The notes under the pieces are model-generated. The model had not been told where the DNA came from and ran no database searches. It saw nothing but the letters and a program-made list of their open reading frames with translations. A DNA stretch of 64,000 nucleotides from Tubulanus polymorphus (lineage: Eukaryota; Animalia; Nemertea), in the NCBI RefSeq assembly GCF_964204645.1, contig NC_134025.1, forward strand, positions 3,720,001-3,784,000. The letters are read 5' to 3'. The position numbers were made by a program, and so were the translations under genes. Below, in pieces: positions 15,001 through 30,242 of the stretch. The stretch's first letter is position 1. Each line of letters opens with the position of its first letter.

Positions 15001-18000
15001 CCATGTCGTACGAACGAGTTACAAGTCTCAAAAACCGCAAATTGGCAGAAAATAGACGATGAACACGATTGACTAATTCAAAAGGAAACTCTCGAACATG
15101 ATGAGTATTCGAATTTCCAGGCACACTTCCAAGTTACTCTTCCTCAATCATTGCCAATTGTACGGGATAGCAGAAAAACCCGACATACCGAGTGAGAGGA
15201 AGAGATGGAATGGGGCATTCGGCGCATGTAGAGAATTTCCCAGTGTCAAATTTACTGCTATAGTTGCTGAAAGGTGCAGTATTCACTTGAAACGTGATCA
15301 AATCAGAAAATCAGAATGCCATTTACATCTAGATATCCAAGGGCTTATTTGAAGTTATTTCGAAAACAGCCAGATCAAGTTATAAAGGTTGCAAAGCCTC
15401 TACACCTTAAACGTAACAATCCACTAAATTCAAGCATTCTCATACTCGAAGTCAATTAATTCGAAGGTCAATCTTTCCAGGGCATCGAAAGCCATCGTGA
15501 AATCCGAATTAATGACCTGTAATTGGTAGAGAATATTTTTCGATTATTTTTCCACTCGAGGGTAATGCGCAGTTTTATCTGGTAGTGACATTTCACGTAG
15601 TGCTCGGAAACCCGCTTGAATTCGATAACGGTAAGCATGATTTTCAAATGTAACCGTCTACACCAGAAACAAGATCAGATGCTCAATACAATAATTGCGC
15701 TAATATGACGAGAAGCGAGGATCAAAGTCACTTAGAAGAAAAAGCACTAGAGGCAGGACATTGTGCGCGCCTGATGATAGTTATTCATGACATTTTGAGA
15801 ATATCGGAAAAAAGTGATATCAAAACAATCGTCGATTGTTATTGCTTTGAAAATAGCATCGGATATACGCACGACAAAGGAACATCTAGACGGACACATA
15901 TTTGATGACCAGTCAAGCGACCAACTAACGAATTCTAATCAAGAAACAGACGGAGATAAACAACAGTAATACATCCTGTATGCATAATCTTTGTCGAAGT
16001 CTGCATCAGACGATCTGTGGGTACGGTTCTGCCGATATTACTGATGTTTCGATCAAGGCAGAACATCGATCATTTGGATTAAAATGTGTCACTGGAATCG
16101 CATCAAAAGCAAATGAAATTCATGTTCTTCCATTTTTTCAGTTTTTATTTGAAACGAGTATCATGGTGAATGGAGACCCACGCGTTTAAGATTCCATAAT
16201 ATTATCATTGTTCGGGGTTTTATCGTTCGTAGTCACAAAATACGAGGCTTTTAAGAATCGTAAGCATAAATCCTTGCACCCAGGCAAATTCAATTTACAC
16301 ACGTACTCGTAATTTCTTTGAGATCCCCTTGATATCGGTTTCGTGGATCGACGAGAAATTGTGTTAGGGAAACCATGCTCATAAAGGTAATGGAAAGCTG
16401 TAATTAGAGATGGCGTCCGCACATTTTTGCTAATGACAATGTATTTTCTAGCTGGACAATACATCGTCGCGTCAACACTTTGAAAATTACATGTCAAACA
16501 TGCAGTATGTAGCGCCGGTTCGTATTTAGCAAATGAGTTTTCGTGTCGACACAAGGTTTTGCTTGGAAACCGCGTCCCTCAACTTAATACTCGGAAAAAT
16601 ATCTATACATAGGCAATTTAGGAAACTGATAGTTTCTTCAGGTAATAGCGAGTGGATGATGAGATGGTGAAATCCGTTTATTCTCAGTAAATAAACCTCA
16701 CTATCCACGCGCGTATCGGCACTTGATAATTATACACATTCCGAAATGCGCCGACATGAAATCCAAAGATATCACTGTCACATGTTGATATATGACACTG
16801 TTTTCCTGTCGTATTAGGCTTCGTCAGGAAATATTTTCAGCATCGGCGAATAACGCGTAGTTACTTCATCGACCACTTCTGACGAACAAACATACTCCAC
16901 ATCTCGATTATCATTCCGTGATGCATTGGTGATCGTCCGTAGTCGTATACATTAACATCCTCTAAGGCATTTCCGCTCGTAAACCATCCACGGGCCATAT
17001 ATACATTTTTTCTCCGAACCGAAAAATTCTTGCCAGCGCAAATTCAATGCCTACAGCAGAAATCATCAACTTACAAATCTAATAAAAATTCAGATGTTTT
17101 CGACGCGGTGAATTTGCATCAAATAATAGAAAAATCTTAAATGTTGACAGGACCGTGTACGTATCGAACCCCAAAGCGGCTGAAAATCGAAGCAAAAAAT
17201 TGTGACGATTGAAATGAAGAGTATACGCAGTTTGTGCCTAAAGGAACCTGAATGGAAATGTCTCGAAATGTGAAAAACTTCATGAAAATCTTATCATCAG
17301 AAAATTATTGTTTTGTATCTTTCGAGCATAAGCGGAAATTTCCGGTACTTGATGCGGTTATTTACGGCTACATAAAAGCCAACTGTCAACTCCGCTTTTC
17401 TCTCATTCGAGATTAAGCGAAAATCCAAAGAAAGGCTTCTGATAAAGCTGATAAAGAGAATGCATTCGTTGGAAGAATCGGATAAATATAGAGGAAATTA
17501 AAGGCAGCTACTGACTGCAGCAGGACTGTTTCACAGTATATTGGCTGCCTGTGTTGATAAGATGACTACTAGTTCGGTTCGTTATCTAAAAAATAACCAA
17601 CTACTGATGAGTTCGGCATTTCATCCATGACCGATAAAAGCAAAATCATCATTGGCAATTTCAATTTCATGCGTTCGAATTCAATAGGACGAAAGTCTGC
17701 TACATAAATGCTTCATCTGCTAGGATATCTTCGAAATTATGCACCTGACTGTTAATGCATATCTCGACTCCGATTTTGTTTATTCATTCATTGATAATAC
17801 AAGAAAATAAGTTGGTCCCAAAAAAATTTGGTTGTATCATAGACTCTAAAACGACTCTAAAGCTTCGTTTTAGAGTCCATGATTATATGGAGCGCGTTTT
17901 TAATGGCATAATTATCAATGTCGTGACCTCAAATAAATATGTAGGCCTAATGATTGCGGGATTTGTTTTTGATCTGAAAGTTTTTGTTACATTTGGAAAC

Positions 18001-18504
18001 TTTCATCTGCTTCGCGCTGTAATTCGCGCTTTGATGAATTTCCGTACGTAATACAAATACCAGATACCAGCACGCATTTCTGCCATAATGGCCCACGCTA
18101 TCATTTACCTAACATTTATTTCAGAAACCTATTTGTTCAAGGGATCTCATAAAATCTAACCAAACAAAATAGCAAATTACACCGTGGCCGTCAATCCAAA
18201 TGTTCTGGCGAAGTGCTGGTAGTCATTTTACATATAGCAGCTATGTTAATAAGGATGTCTATTATTCAATAAAAGAAGTTTATTTTGACTTAGATAAGAT
18301 TAATTCCAAGATAAGAATTTCATTGACGATTCAATCTCAGCATCTTTATTTATAGTAAATGGCGTTTATTTATAGTAAATGGATTCACGAAATTCCCAAT
18401 AATCTAGAATTTTAATAACCGGGTTTCCCAGATGAACGACGTCACCGTGATGTACAATTCATGTACAATGATATACAGATAATGATATACAATATGAAAT
18501 ATGC

Positions 18505-18507
18505 ATA

Positions 18508-18606
<99 letters not shown>

Positions 18607-18767
18607 GTATATGTATGTGTATGTATATGTATGTATATGTATATGTATGTATATGTATGTATATGTATATGTATACATGTATTGTGTGTATGTATATGTA
18701 TGTATATGTATGTGTATATGTATATGTATGTATATGTATATGTATGTATACATGTATTGTGTGTATG
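18505..18767. repeat. (ATATGT)n/(ATGT)n compound microsatellite
   Basis: Directly visible. It produces the spurious IC/YV/MY/HI repeat ORFs. Confidence 0.97.
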
Positions 18768-19045
18768 GATATAGATATTTATCAACGATTCGCTGTACAA
18801 TGCCATCTACTATTAAAATTGAATGTATGAATGTTCTGTGCAAAACACGTTTTTTGTGGAACAATAAAAATGAAATGAAATGAAAACTAATCGCTCCGGT
18901 AAGTGTGGTCAATCTGGGGTCCGGAATCGAGGTACACACACGCACGCATGCACACACGAGGATCAGTGTTCATGTTTTTTGCAAATACAAATTATTTTTC
19001 GTTGATAAACATTTCGTTCTTTCATTTTGTTCCATGCAATAGACG

Positions 19046-19151
19046 TCTCCCTCTCTCCCTCTCCCCCTCCCCCCTCCCCCTCTCCCCCTCTCCCCCTCTC
19101 CCCCTCTCCCCCTCTCTCTCTCTCTCCCCCTCTCTCTCTCTCTCTCTCTCT
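19046..19151. repeat. Pure polypyrimidine tract (CT)n/(CCCCCTCT)n
   Basis: About 105 bp containing only C and T. Confidence 0.95.
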
Positions 19152-22100
19152 GAACGATAAATATGTATATCCCATGATATGAATTAAAAAAAATATGAAC
19201 GTAAAATGACACCAAGTCGTAAGCGTAAGACGACTGGCATCCAGAAAGCAACGAGGCACTACTTGCTTCTTTAGTAGAAAAATATTGACATAATCTACAA
19301 GACATGGAAGTTTTTCTTTTAGAAAACCTGCTCGATTCTTGGGGACTATAAATAATGTAGGCATATATATCGTAGCGTTGTTGTTTTCTGTCACGGAGAC
19401 CAGAGAATGTCGACCGAAAGAAAAAGCCTACACGGCATCTATTACAACAAGCATTGGATCGTGAAAGATAAACACTGCGCGACCGGTCATCAGGGATTAC
19501 TGCGCTTCTCGATCAGTATGACACCACACAGTAGACAGACAGTCACTGATAGACGCGAGAAAAGTGAAACTGCAGATGCGCAATTAACGAAACGTTTCCT
19601 TATTTGATTCGATATCAACGTATTGATTCGAAATACAGAAAATACAGAGAAGAACGTCGCTGTGCAACCAAGTGATCTTCATACACGTTATATCAACAGG
19701 TTATAACGTTGTTTTTCGTCCAACCTCAACAAATCCAATACGATAATGATACTTTATTCTATTGAAATACGATTCTGCTTTGAAGATCTGCATCTGATTT
19801 AACAAAAGACAAGTTAAAGCCTATATTGAAAGCGAATATTTTCAATGTCGCCTTGTTTTATCTTGCATTGAACGACAACATATTGTGGCAGCTAGTCACC
19901 GTACACACTATGCGTAGATCTGTATAGGATGTGCCATATCACGATGTAATAAATATGTAACAAGTAGCTTTGAATTGTTTTAGTTAATGAAAACTGCGCA
20001 GGTTAATTGGCTTAAAATAGCAATTTACAGTAATCCGGCTCAATTATGCATATGCATTAAATTTCCTATGACGCGTATGACAGTTTTTGTGTAACTCAGT
20101 TTTGTAGCAGAGGATCACGTGAAAACGTCTTGAACCGATGTCTCATAATATTCCGATTTTATGCATATTTCCAAAGCTTACTTTCCTCTTGTCACATACG
20201 AGCTACAAGTATTTAACATCAAGTGCAATCTAAGCGAATGATAATATCGATATAAATATCAATTAACTTCTTCGGGCCACGATACCGCGAATGCCAAACC
20301 CGATTCAATAAACACTGTTTTAGTAAATATATATTTCTTACCAAGCCGTCTGCGTATACGAACTGCTGTCTAGACCACACATTGTTTCAAATTCAATTTC
20401 AAAACATTCTAATTGCGTTTTGCACGCGCAAAGCCCTTCTGGTTCAATATTACGATCAAAGTGGAAACGGACTGAGTTGTGTAGTAAAGTGAATTAGATG
20501 TGGCTGTTTGCTGGTTTCAGTCAGTGTGTTTATCTGGAACGCAGTTAACTCAATTGTCGGATGCGCATGCAATGTATCATCCTAGTCAGTAATTTGTCTT
20601 CTCTAACTATACAAAATGGCAAAATATTGTGTAATCAAAACGAGCGATATTCGGTCCTTCGATCGTTTATTATTGACTACAAAGTGGTCGTGACATATAT
20701 CCTTTCCAAATTTCAAATTTAATTTCCTGTTTCGATTCATTTCTATAAGCTTGATTAATGTTTGCCAGTGCCCTGCCCTCATTCAATATCATGTCTCCAG
20801 CATCGAGTAACAAAGTGTGTCTCCGTGAAGTCAGGGTCGTTCGGAAAGCTTATCTAAATATAAAAGGATTCCATTACCGAAATATTAGAATATTGCCTTA
20901 TCTATTGAACCAAATAACTATGTGATATCTAAGTAAAATTCATTGGGTGATCGTAGGGATTTTCTAATGCGCGGAGCCCTGTTTTCTGAGTCGTTTGTCT
21001 GGCACCTTGATATAATAGCATACTTGTTTTTTGTCCGTGATACTCAATGTGCACATGCTCTCAAGCATGTCAAATCCAGATGCGTACTGTACAGCTCGTT
21101 CGTAACAAATGGGATTTTTTGATTCACGCCATTAAATGCTGATTGAGGATAAAAGCATTTTTATCGATTATGTTTTTAAGTCAATGGAAGAATTTTACTT
21201 CACGAACAAGGACTCAGGGAAATGTAAATCATACATTTGTTGAAAAATGCCACATGATGAATACTACATGGCCCGATCTTATTGTGATCTCAGATTTTTT
21301 GAATGGTCCTACCACCTTTGAAATCTGTTATAGTAATTGGCTGATATTAATTCTTGTATGCTGTTAAATAGACAAGTTATTCGAACAAGAAAAAATACTT
21401 CATCGTTCTATTTACCCAGCTTCGTGTAACTCAACATACTTCAAAAGCATTCATCTGATTTTATTTCTATGAATAGCAGTTGGCAGTATACTGTTAATTC
21501 AACGTGGATTTTATAACACATTTGATCAGATGAATCGTCAGATTCATTTCATATAGCAAATTCCAACATATATGTTCTCCTCATGAAGTTACTTTGATCA
21601 GCAATGTAGAATTGCTTTAACCATTGTCGAATTTGCTTTAAAACCCACCCAAAAATGGTCAGTCCACACAAAGCAAGTCGTGTTCCTCGTCCAAGACGAC
21701 ACCGCAAAATCTGTCGAGTCCGGCAGGTATTTAGTATGTGTTACCGATGTGTTTCACCTGGTGCTTCAAGGGAAAACATGAAACAGCTCGTCACGATTGT
21801 AGATAAGTCGGCGGGCTGATTAACATGGTCACCGGCCGATAGCGAGGGAATGATTAAATGTCAGGTAAGATTATTGTGCAATGTCCGGCAGCATTCTACA
21901 GCTTAGTATCGTCTACAAGTTACTGACACCTCATAATTCGGAGGTTTTACAACAGCGAGATAAGGAACAACGAGACTATACGATACCCGCTTCAAGTAAG
22001 AGTAGAACGTTCCAACTGATATCGCTGAATCTATTTATCATAGGCGTTTTATTCGTTCAAACATGATATCCTATATCCGTTTGATATCAGTAAATAAAAG

Positions 22101-25100
22101 CTTCAAATTCCTACAAAAATATAATCAAAAGACGCATAATTATAATCAGAGGTCGGCGTTGTGTGGAGCTCCGTTATATACCAGGACACCAGCCCACAGT
22201 CGGGACTGATAGTTAAAGGTAACTCTTGATGGATATCTCTTCATCCAAAATGAATAACCGAGAAGGGCTAGTCTACGTTTGGCAAGTTTCTGTACCTAGT
22301 AGAAATATTGGAAATGTATGGAGTAGGCGTATTTCACAAGAGAATCGATGAAATGGTGATTGATAGTGCTAGTCTCTACTAAAGACACCCAATACGTACT
22401 ACAGGTGATTCAGGCATGTAAAGGGTCCTCTGTCATGACCTACAATGAGTCGGAAATCGTCAATTTATCAATAAATTCTCGTGCGGATTCGTAGGAAACG
22501 GATTTCAGTTTCGATCTATCAAAGAGCGTATGAATTCTTCGAAACTGCCTTTACGTTTTGGCCGTGTTGTTGGCACGTGTGTCCGTGTCGGTTTATAGAT
22601 GGTGAGAATCAATTCCTCGTGTGTGTCTGATGGCCGCCTCTGTGGTTAAAGTGATGGAAGTGGTTCGCGACGGTCTTGTATAATGTCTATGTTTCTAGGG
22701 ATTATGGTGTAATTGAGCCATTGATTGAAAATGGCACCAGACGCAAGACCGCGCGCCCATAGTACACACAACACGGGCTAATAGACACGAGAAATTCCGA
22801 TTGGGGATGACATTTCCGCTGATGACACTTATGTGTAGGTATCATGAAGCGGTAATACCGGTAAGATTTGACGAACGGATTACCCGCGCCTGAAAATCGA
22901 CTTCTTCGCCACTTCTACCGATGAGAAAAACCGTCTGCATCCGCAAGAACCTTCAGTTCTCAATCTAAAACTAACTGAAACAGATTATTCCGGCACTTTT
23001 TTCACTGACTGGCATCGGAAACTTAAACAATTACGAGCAATCAAACAAATCGATTTAATCGTCCTCGAAATTCCCCGAACCCACCGTCTCCATTTACCAA
23101 ATCAGGTAATGACTACAATAAACACGCGTGCACCTTAATGGGGTTTTTCGTCTGAATACGAAAGAAACAAAACAAAGTTTTTCAAGATTTACGACAGCGG
23201 CCGAAAATACCGGTACCCATGAGTTAGCGGTGCATCACTTACACAAGCATTTAAATTTAAACTGTAGGTTATTCGTGAGCAGTTCAGTATATATCTCGAT
23301 TTGTCGTCATTAACTTCAGTCGGACGTGTTACATAACATCAATATACATATAATGCCTATTATACATCGTGGAAAAAATCGAATTACGGTCGCTTTCATG
23401 AACACGACATCAAGTGGGTGTAAGGCTAGAAAATGATACTTCGTTTCTCCTAATTGGCCAGGTCATTTTGTAAAGCGCAATAGAACTTGTAATCAGTAAA
23501 TTAATCTAATGTAGCCTAATGTACAGGGTAGAAAAGCGGTCGAGACAACTTCTTTTAAAGCTTGGTAGAAATGAGAAAGAAAGTATCAATTTTTTAGCCT
23601 AACATACATATATACCGGGTAATAATATACATGCCACAGTTCGGTGAAGTCATTATCAAAACAGGGCAGAATAAAGTATATTGAAAAATCTTAAGATTTA
23701 TGACCTGAAATCGGAATTTCACGAGGAATTTAATACCGAGTGTAGTAGGGATTTTATTAAGTCGTAGATTGTTCAAATGTGCATAAGTAGATAATAAATC
23801 TTTTCAAACGACAATTCGACGACAAGATCACAGTACGAGTCTCGTTAATTAAATAAATGTATATTTTAGTCTGCCAGCAGTGAAATATTTTCTTATCAGA
23901 GTGAAAAAATTGACGAACATAATGATTACGGCAGCTACAAAGCAATGTTCGAAGCCCTTAGCAGTCTCAAATAAATGATCTCATTCCATCGTCATTGATG
24001 TTTCTCGGTTAGACTTTTTGTATATATAATTAATACCTTAAGACCAAGGGAAATCCTCTGTTCTAGATTCGTATGTATTATTCGTAATCATGAGAGGAAT
24101 ACCTAGGAATTAGACTGAATGCAGAATAGATTTGATGTGAGCCGATGAACTCTAATAAAATCAGGAAATGAGAACTGTTCCCAATGAATATTCCTAACGC
24201 AGTTTGGGAGGCGTTGAATGTTAGATGGATTGAAGCTCGATGCTACAGTTATCAACACGACATTGCAAATGGCGGCGCGTGTGATCTAATGTGGCGAGCG
24301 ACTTGCGACATGTGCTGTGTTCTAGAACATACGTACAAAGCCGCTAAAAAGTGACTGTGAGAAAATTCAATACATGTTCTATTATATTACAACTACAGCT
24401 GTTTTACAATGCTTGAGAAACTACAAAATACTGAACACCGTATGCTTGGCGTATTTCATTTCCTGCTCTCCCCCGATCGACTTGTGACGTATCGGCAATC
24501 ACGACCGAAGAATCTCGATATCGGTTGAAAGAAATCTATACGAAACTAAACCCCTAAAAAACTCATCATCCAATACTGGAAGTGTTACCTAAAGTCCTGA
24601 ACGTGGGAATTGTACGTCCAGCAGCGAAAACAATTTCTGTGTCAAATCACCCAAGGATATGTATGCAACACTGCATTTTACTGTCACCACATAAAGAAAA
24701 ACCTTGATTACTTTTTCATAGGATAAAACTTGATTTGATTTTCCACGAAGATTGACAAGAATTTCTGAGTAGCCTTGTCGCACTGTATCGACATAATGAA
24801 AATTGACGCGGCGCGACCGCGTAACCGAATCGTATGCGCCTGAAAATACGAAAATGCGTAAAAAACAATCGACGAGTAGCTGCATCGGAACCCTGGGGAA
24901 AACTAACACAGACGCACCGGCGTTCCTATACATACGTCAATTTTGATTCAGGTATACGTAATTTTTGCACCAGATTCTCGTCAATGCTGAACGCAGTTCG
25001 GTACAAATACAACCGAGCGAGCAACAGATGAGAACAAAATATATCTACGATTTGATTGTCAAGTGATATCGTCATTTCCTCATTCTACTGAACCTTTTCC

Positions 25101-28100
25101 CAACGTTAAACTAGTCTCACGTAAATTTATTCCATATTATTCCCATGAAGATCTGTAGCAATACGGGTTATAGATGTTATATTCATTTTGGTACATCGAA
25201 CCAACCATATGTTTTATGCTATAATTGCATTATAAATACAAACCGATAAAGCACATTGAATCGTCGATAAGCCGAGCGCTTTATTCAACTTTTTACGGAA
25301 GCAAGCCGCGCACCCTCGATGTGTTTGTTTCACATCAAGAAATAGAGAGAACTTTTCGACGTAATCTAAATGACTACGCGAGTATACTATACGTAATGCT
25401 GGATTTCAATTCATCTTCTCTCACTAATCTGTCTTATCCGATAAATAATTGGAGCTGAGGCACGTGGTGCATGCGTAAAACTAATTTTCTGTTTACGACA
25501 ATGAGAGCAATTTAATCAAAATCTACTGAGGAGAAGAAACTCACCTTTATGGCTTGTTTGTGCTGATACGTTTTTATATGTATAATCCCAATGCGTTATC
25601 ACCGCGTGATCTTCGCTATAGTCAGAGCAATAAGTACAGATCCGGTAAAAAATCAGACACAATCAACAGACGACACAGGCGTGCGTGAACCGAAGTCAGC
25701 TTCCACAGAGTTATACACAATAACTATTGAGAGACAGCTTTATGAATTGTTGCACCACCTGTTCCCCCGGTTTCTATAGGCTGTTCCAGCGATGAATTGC
25801 CAATTAAAACATCACTAGGATATTTGTACCAATAAATTATCATTGATATGCATTCACAAGCGCTTTATTAGGGAGGAAACTTATTTTGAAAGTCAGAAAT
25901 GGATTTTCATTTTGAAAGCATTTTTCGTAGCATTTTGAATGTTACTGGACCAAATTCCGCGGTGTACAAGCTCCTTTTTATGATATATATATATATGTCC
26001 ATCGTAACCATTGTTGTCACAAGTCAATTGATTATTTTCACATAAAATGAACTAAAAGTCGTGGACTTCGTGTTGAGTAAAATATACGGCACGTGCGTCT
26101 TTCAAAATAACATGGGTGATCGTCACTCTTGCAGTTTGTTTGGCTGTCCGCACAACACTTCTAAGCAGCCAGCAGGATCCGAACGACGTCATTGGTCGCC
26201 ACCCCTTTTGATAATTTTAATCGTTTGGTGGTGAGACAAGCTCAAAGTGCCTAACTGGAATAAATGTGAACTGGGTACTGCAGCTCTGGTTGACAATTCA
26301 GTATTTCTGTAAAAAGGACGTCCGGCGTGCAATGATCTGCGCGTCGGAGGACGCTATACATTTGGCTGTGGCAATCGAGGATTCCACTCGTGGTAAGCGA
26401 GGGTTTTCCAGTTTCCGGACTCCTACTTCTCGGAACAACCCATAATTTCTACGAATTCTACGAATGATTGAAAAATCGTCCTTAGAGGCCCATAGTTCAT
26501 AGCGATTGAGAGACACAATGCGTTTAATTCTTTATATGGAAGGCTCAAATAAAATAAAATGTATTGAAAAGTTATTTTTGATCGTGTTGTCCTATTGATA
26601 GGCTAGCCATCTATCGGGACGATAGCTGGTAGGGCTCTCTCTACTGCTTCTAGCGGTCTCTGATCTGCGATTTGCGTCTTGGAGAGACTTTATGAAACTA
26701 TGACAGACGACTGTCAGACAATTGCATTTCCCAACCTCGAATAAATAAACAGAACCCATTCATTTTCTCATAAATACGAATTATTATTATATTTTTAACA
26801 ATTTAACGTCTACAAATTTTACAAAAAAAATATTTACACTACGCCTACTACTTCCTGAATATTCTGTCGGAATATATCGTAAACTTTGTGTTAATATTAT
26901 CAATTTTAGTGTACGGTGGCAAGAACTTACTGCCGCCAAAAATAAATGCATTCAAAATATACATCATAATATACAACCATAAATATTTAAGCATTTACAA
27001 TAACGATTAACAAGATTATTCTGTATCGTGTGGGTGGAAATATTTACACGAATTTTTAATTCAATTCAATTGAATTTTGTCAAAGTCTTTCTCTTAGACG
27101 TGTTCTTTACATTGATTGCGTTCAAGAGCAGCCAGTTTTAAACAGCCAGAAGCATAAGAAAAGTAATGTCAATTCAAACAGTACACAACGAAAAGACATA
27201 GATACTTTTTTAGCATATGTAATAATATTAAATTGAACAATGTAGGAAGGAATGAATGCCTTATAATGGAGTATTTATGCATGAATAAAGTTTATCTAGA
27301 GATACAATGATATAACAGCAACTTAGAGAAATATTCAACTAACAGTGAAATAGATACTGATAAAGTGAGCGAGTTTAGCTGAAGATAAAGGATTGAAATA
27401 TAGCCATCATTCATCGATTTACCTGAAATCTTTTTAAGTCATATGTAAACATTACGCAAATGAAGCCATTAAAACTTTCAATACCACTATCAGGTATTTT
27501 TGTACAATTTTAGGAATATGAAATATGTCACTAGTTTTAATATAGTTTTTAGATACATATTCAACAACATCTCTTCTTTAAGTAGAAAATTGGCAGGATT
27601 TTCATTCTATTTTTTCAATATTGCAACATTCAATTTTTAAGTACATCGCAAAGAAAACAATCAAACGTGGAACGAATTTCAACAACAAATTTCAACAGAA
27701 AACTTTCAACGAAACAGAGCTAAACACAGAACAAAAAATTATTCTCCATCAAATGAAATATTCATTGGAGTCACCCTGGATTATTTTCATAAATTCATGG
27801 AATGTGGCTTATACGCAATATATGAAGAAAAATTTATCACCACTGAATTTCTTAAAATGTTGAATGTTACGATTTTAATTTGGAATGGAATTGCACTGGA
27901 AATGATTTCATAGCAATCAATATATATGTACAACATATGTATATATACCTAAGACATGTTTTCTCTGCTATAGCAAAAATGTCTAAAATGACTTTATGAA
28001 AACTATATTTCCCTAAATAATACTACGTTCTTATTTATATAACATATATATACGTTTATATCGATATTGGCTACGAATCAAAGCAACTCACATGCAGTTT

Positions 28101-28173
28101 ACAAAATTGAAAATTTTAAGCACCACATAGTAGAAACATTGATCAGTCTCTGATGTTAATTAATTCCCCTCTC

Positions 28174-30242
28174 TTATACATACGACTCCTCCGTATAAGA
28201 TAAATTTTGAAAATCCCCCGGGGGACGGACACCGGAAGGCTTGCGTTCGACGGGCGATTTGAGAACGGATTCGTTACTGGGCGCGACGTCGTTAACGGGG
28301 ATCGGAGGTGGACGGTACGCGGGGGGAGGACGACGTATTCGCCCCGATTGTTCCGAAGACGATCGAGATGATCCCGACGAGTCCGATTTAATACTATCCT
28401 CGCTCAAACGCCGGTCGGTCGAAACGAGCTTTTTAACATCCGTCGTTTTGGACGTCTTTTCGTCTGCTTTGCCGCATTTATCGTAGTCCGTATCGCATTC
28501 GGAACATTTTAAGTTTTTGACGTCGCTCGAAAGTTTGTCACACTCATTCGAATTGCAGCGACACAAATCGACGTTGTCACTGCTGCAGATATTGTTTTGT
28601 AGCACCATGTTAGCACAGTTTACATATTTACCATCGTTACTAAAACCTCGCGCCGCACTCGAACTGTTCTCCTCGTCGGAATACGACGAATCGTACGATC
28701 CTTTGAATTTATTTATACCCTTACCCGTCGACCCGACGCCGTCGTGCTCTTTCATATACATCTTTATGGAATCTTCGTACAGTTGTCGAGCGTGTGCGCT
28801 ATTTACCGATTGTTTAATGATATCTCGATCGCTCAACGATTCGATGATTCCTTTATTCAACATAGTTTTACGTTGGATCGCTTCCTGGTACGTAGGCGGA
28901 CGATTCGGACGTTTCAAACTGCCGTCGTCGGTCGCCTCCGACCTCAGTTTCGTATTCACGTTTAGATCGCTGTGTCGTTTTAGCTCATGATCGGGAGAGA
29001 ATTCGTAGACTTTATTCCGCGGAGCTCGGCCGCGTCGGAGAATTACCTCCGGCGGTGGTGACCCGAATACTTTCAGCGTCTCGGTCTTTTTACACTGATC
29101 GACGTTTGGGCTGGTGATTTTTCCGGCACCTTTTATACGTAGAGCTGGAGGTTTCGGAGGTCGTGGTGGTGGTATCTCGATATTATGCATGACGTTGCTC
29201 GCCGTTTTTCTCGATATTGTCGGTGATATATCCGGTGTTTTTGAAACACGTCGAAATGCAGATCGCGGTGAAACGCGAGGTGAATTGTTTTCAGGAGTAC
29301 ACGGCGCCGATTGTGACGCGACTATAATCTTTTGTCCGCTGAGTATTTCGATATTTTGCGCGTTATTTGATTGGTTCGACGATGCTCCCGAATAACTGGC
29401 GCTTAGATGAACTATAGGAATACTCTTCGAAGGAGGTTCGCTGTAACTGCTGCTCAGACTCTGCGGTGGCCAGATTCTTTGATACGATTGAGGCGAACCG
29501 GGAGTCGACGGTTCTGAATCTTGTGAGTCTAAAGACATTTTACTCTGACGGTCGAGATATTCTAGACTATCCTGTGAACTATATGATAGCCGAGAATCTG
29601 GAGACGTTGGCAGATTTTCGCTGTTTTGAGGTCTCTGCGAATACCCCGTGTGTATAAGTTCGCCCTCGAAATATATCCGATTGCCGCTTCGCGATTTTTG
29701 GATATTACCCATTTCCGGTTGCTGCCTATGGAATTCCGAATCATTTTCCTCAACGCTCTGCAAGGAATCGTTTGATCGGCGTTTTGATAACGGATGCATG
29801 CGCGATCGATGCGAGTCCACTACCGGTGATCCACCCAGAGCCGCGCGACCCTTCTCCATACCCATACTCGATGCGAGCGTACCGTTACCTGGCATCGCGC
29901 AAAGCCTCGCGAAGCGTCTCTGATCGATAATATTTGCCCCTTCTTGCGATACACGTCTTCGACCTTTCCTAGGTGGTGGTACCGGTGGGTAGGTTTCGGC
30001 GCACTGATTCAGCGTAATGTCTAGTTTATCGCCGGAAGAATTACGAGATTTATTACCGGATGAGGTTTCGCTGTCCATTCCCTCTTCTGTATAGAGCTGA
30101 CTGTCGCTGAGCGTTAAACCGGAATCACGACTTAGATTTGACGGAGACAAATGATTCGTCATCAGTTTTGGACTCGTGTCGGCTTCATTGCAATATAGCT
30201 CTCGATCTAAACTATCCATTGATGAATCGTCGTGATGAAGAC
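28174..30242 (-). CDS. ARHGAP20: Terminal exon: long Ser/Pro-rich disordered tail ending in a class I PDZ-binding motif (ESYV)
   Basis: 697-aa ORF with a phase-1 acceptor TAG|GT at 30242 that matches the upstream donor at 30357. Contains PPxY motifs (PPTY, PPAY) and PxxPxR/K motifs, and ends TEESYV*. Confidence 0.92.

Noticed and set aside
17604-17697. CTGATGAG...AATAGGACGAAA resembling hammerhead half-cores
   Set aside because: The halves are about 70 nt apart with no convincing stems I and III, so this is likely chance.
18442-19394. Several overlapping ORFs with IH/IC/YV/MY and ER/G repeats
   Set aside because: They are artefacts of stop-free microsatellites.
28241-29923. Plus-strand ORFs of 63-157 aa
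   Set aside because: They are antisense shadows of the GC-rich terminal exon. The same applies to 44383-44790.
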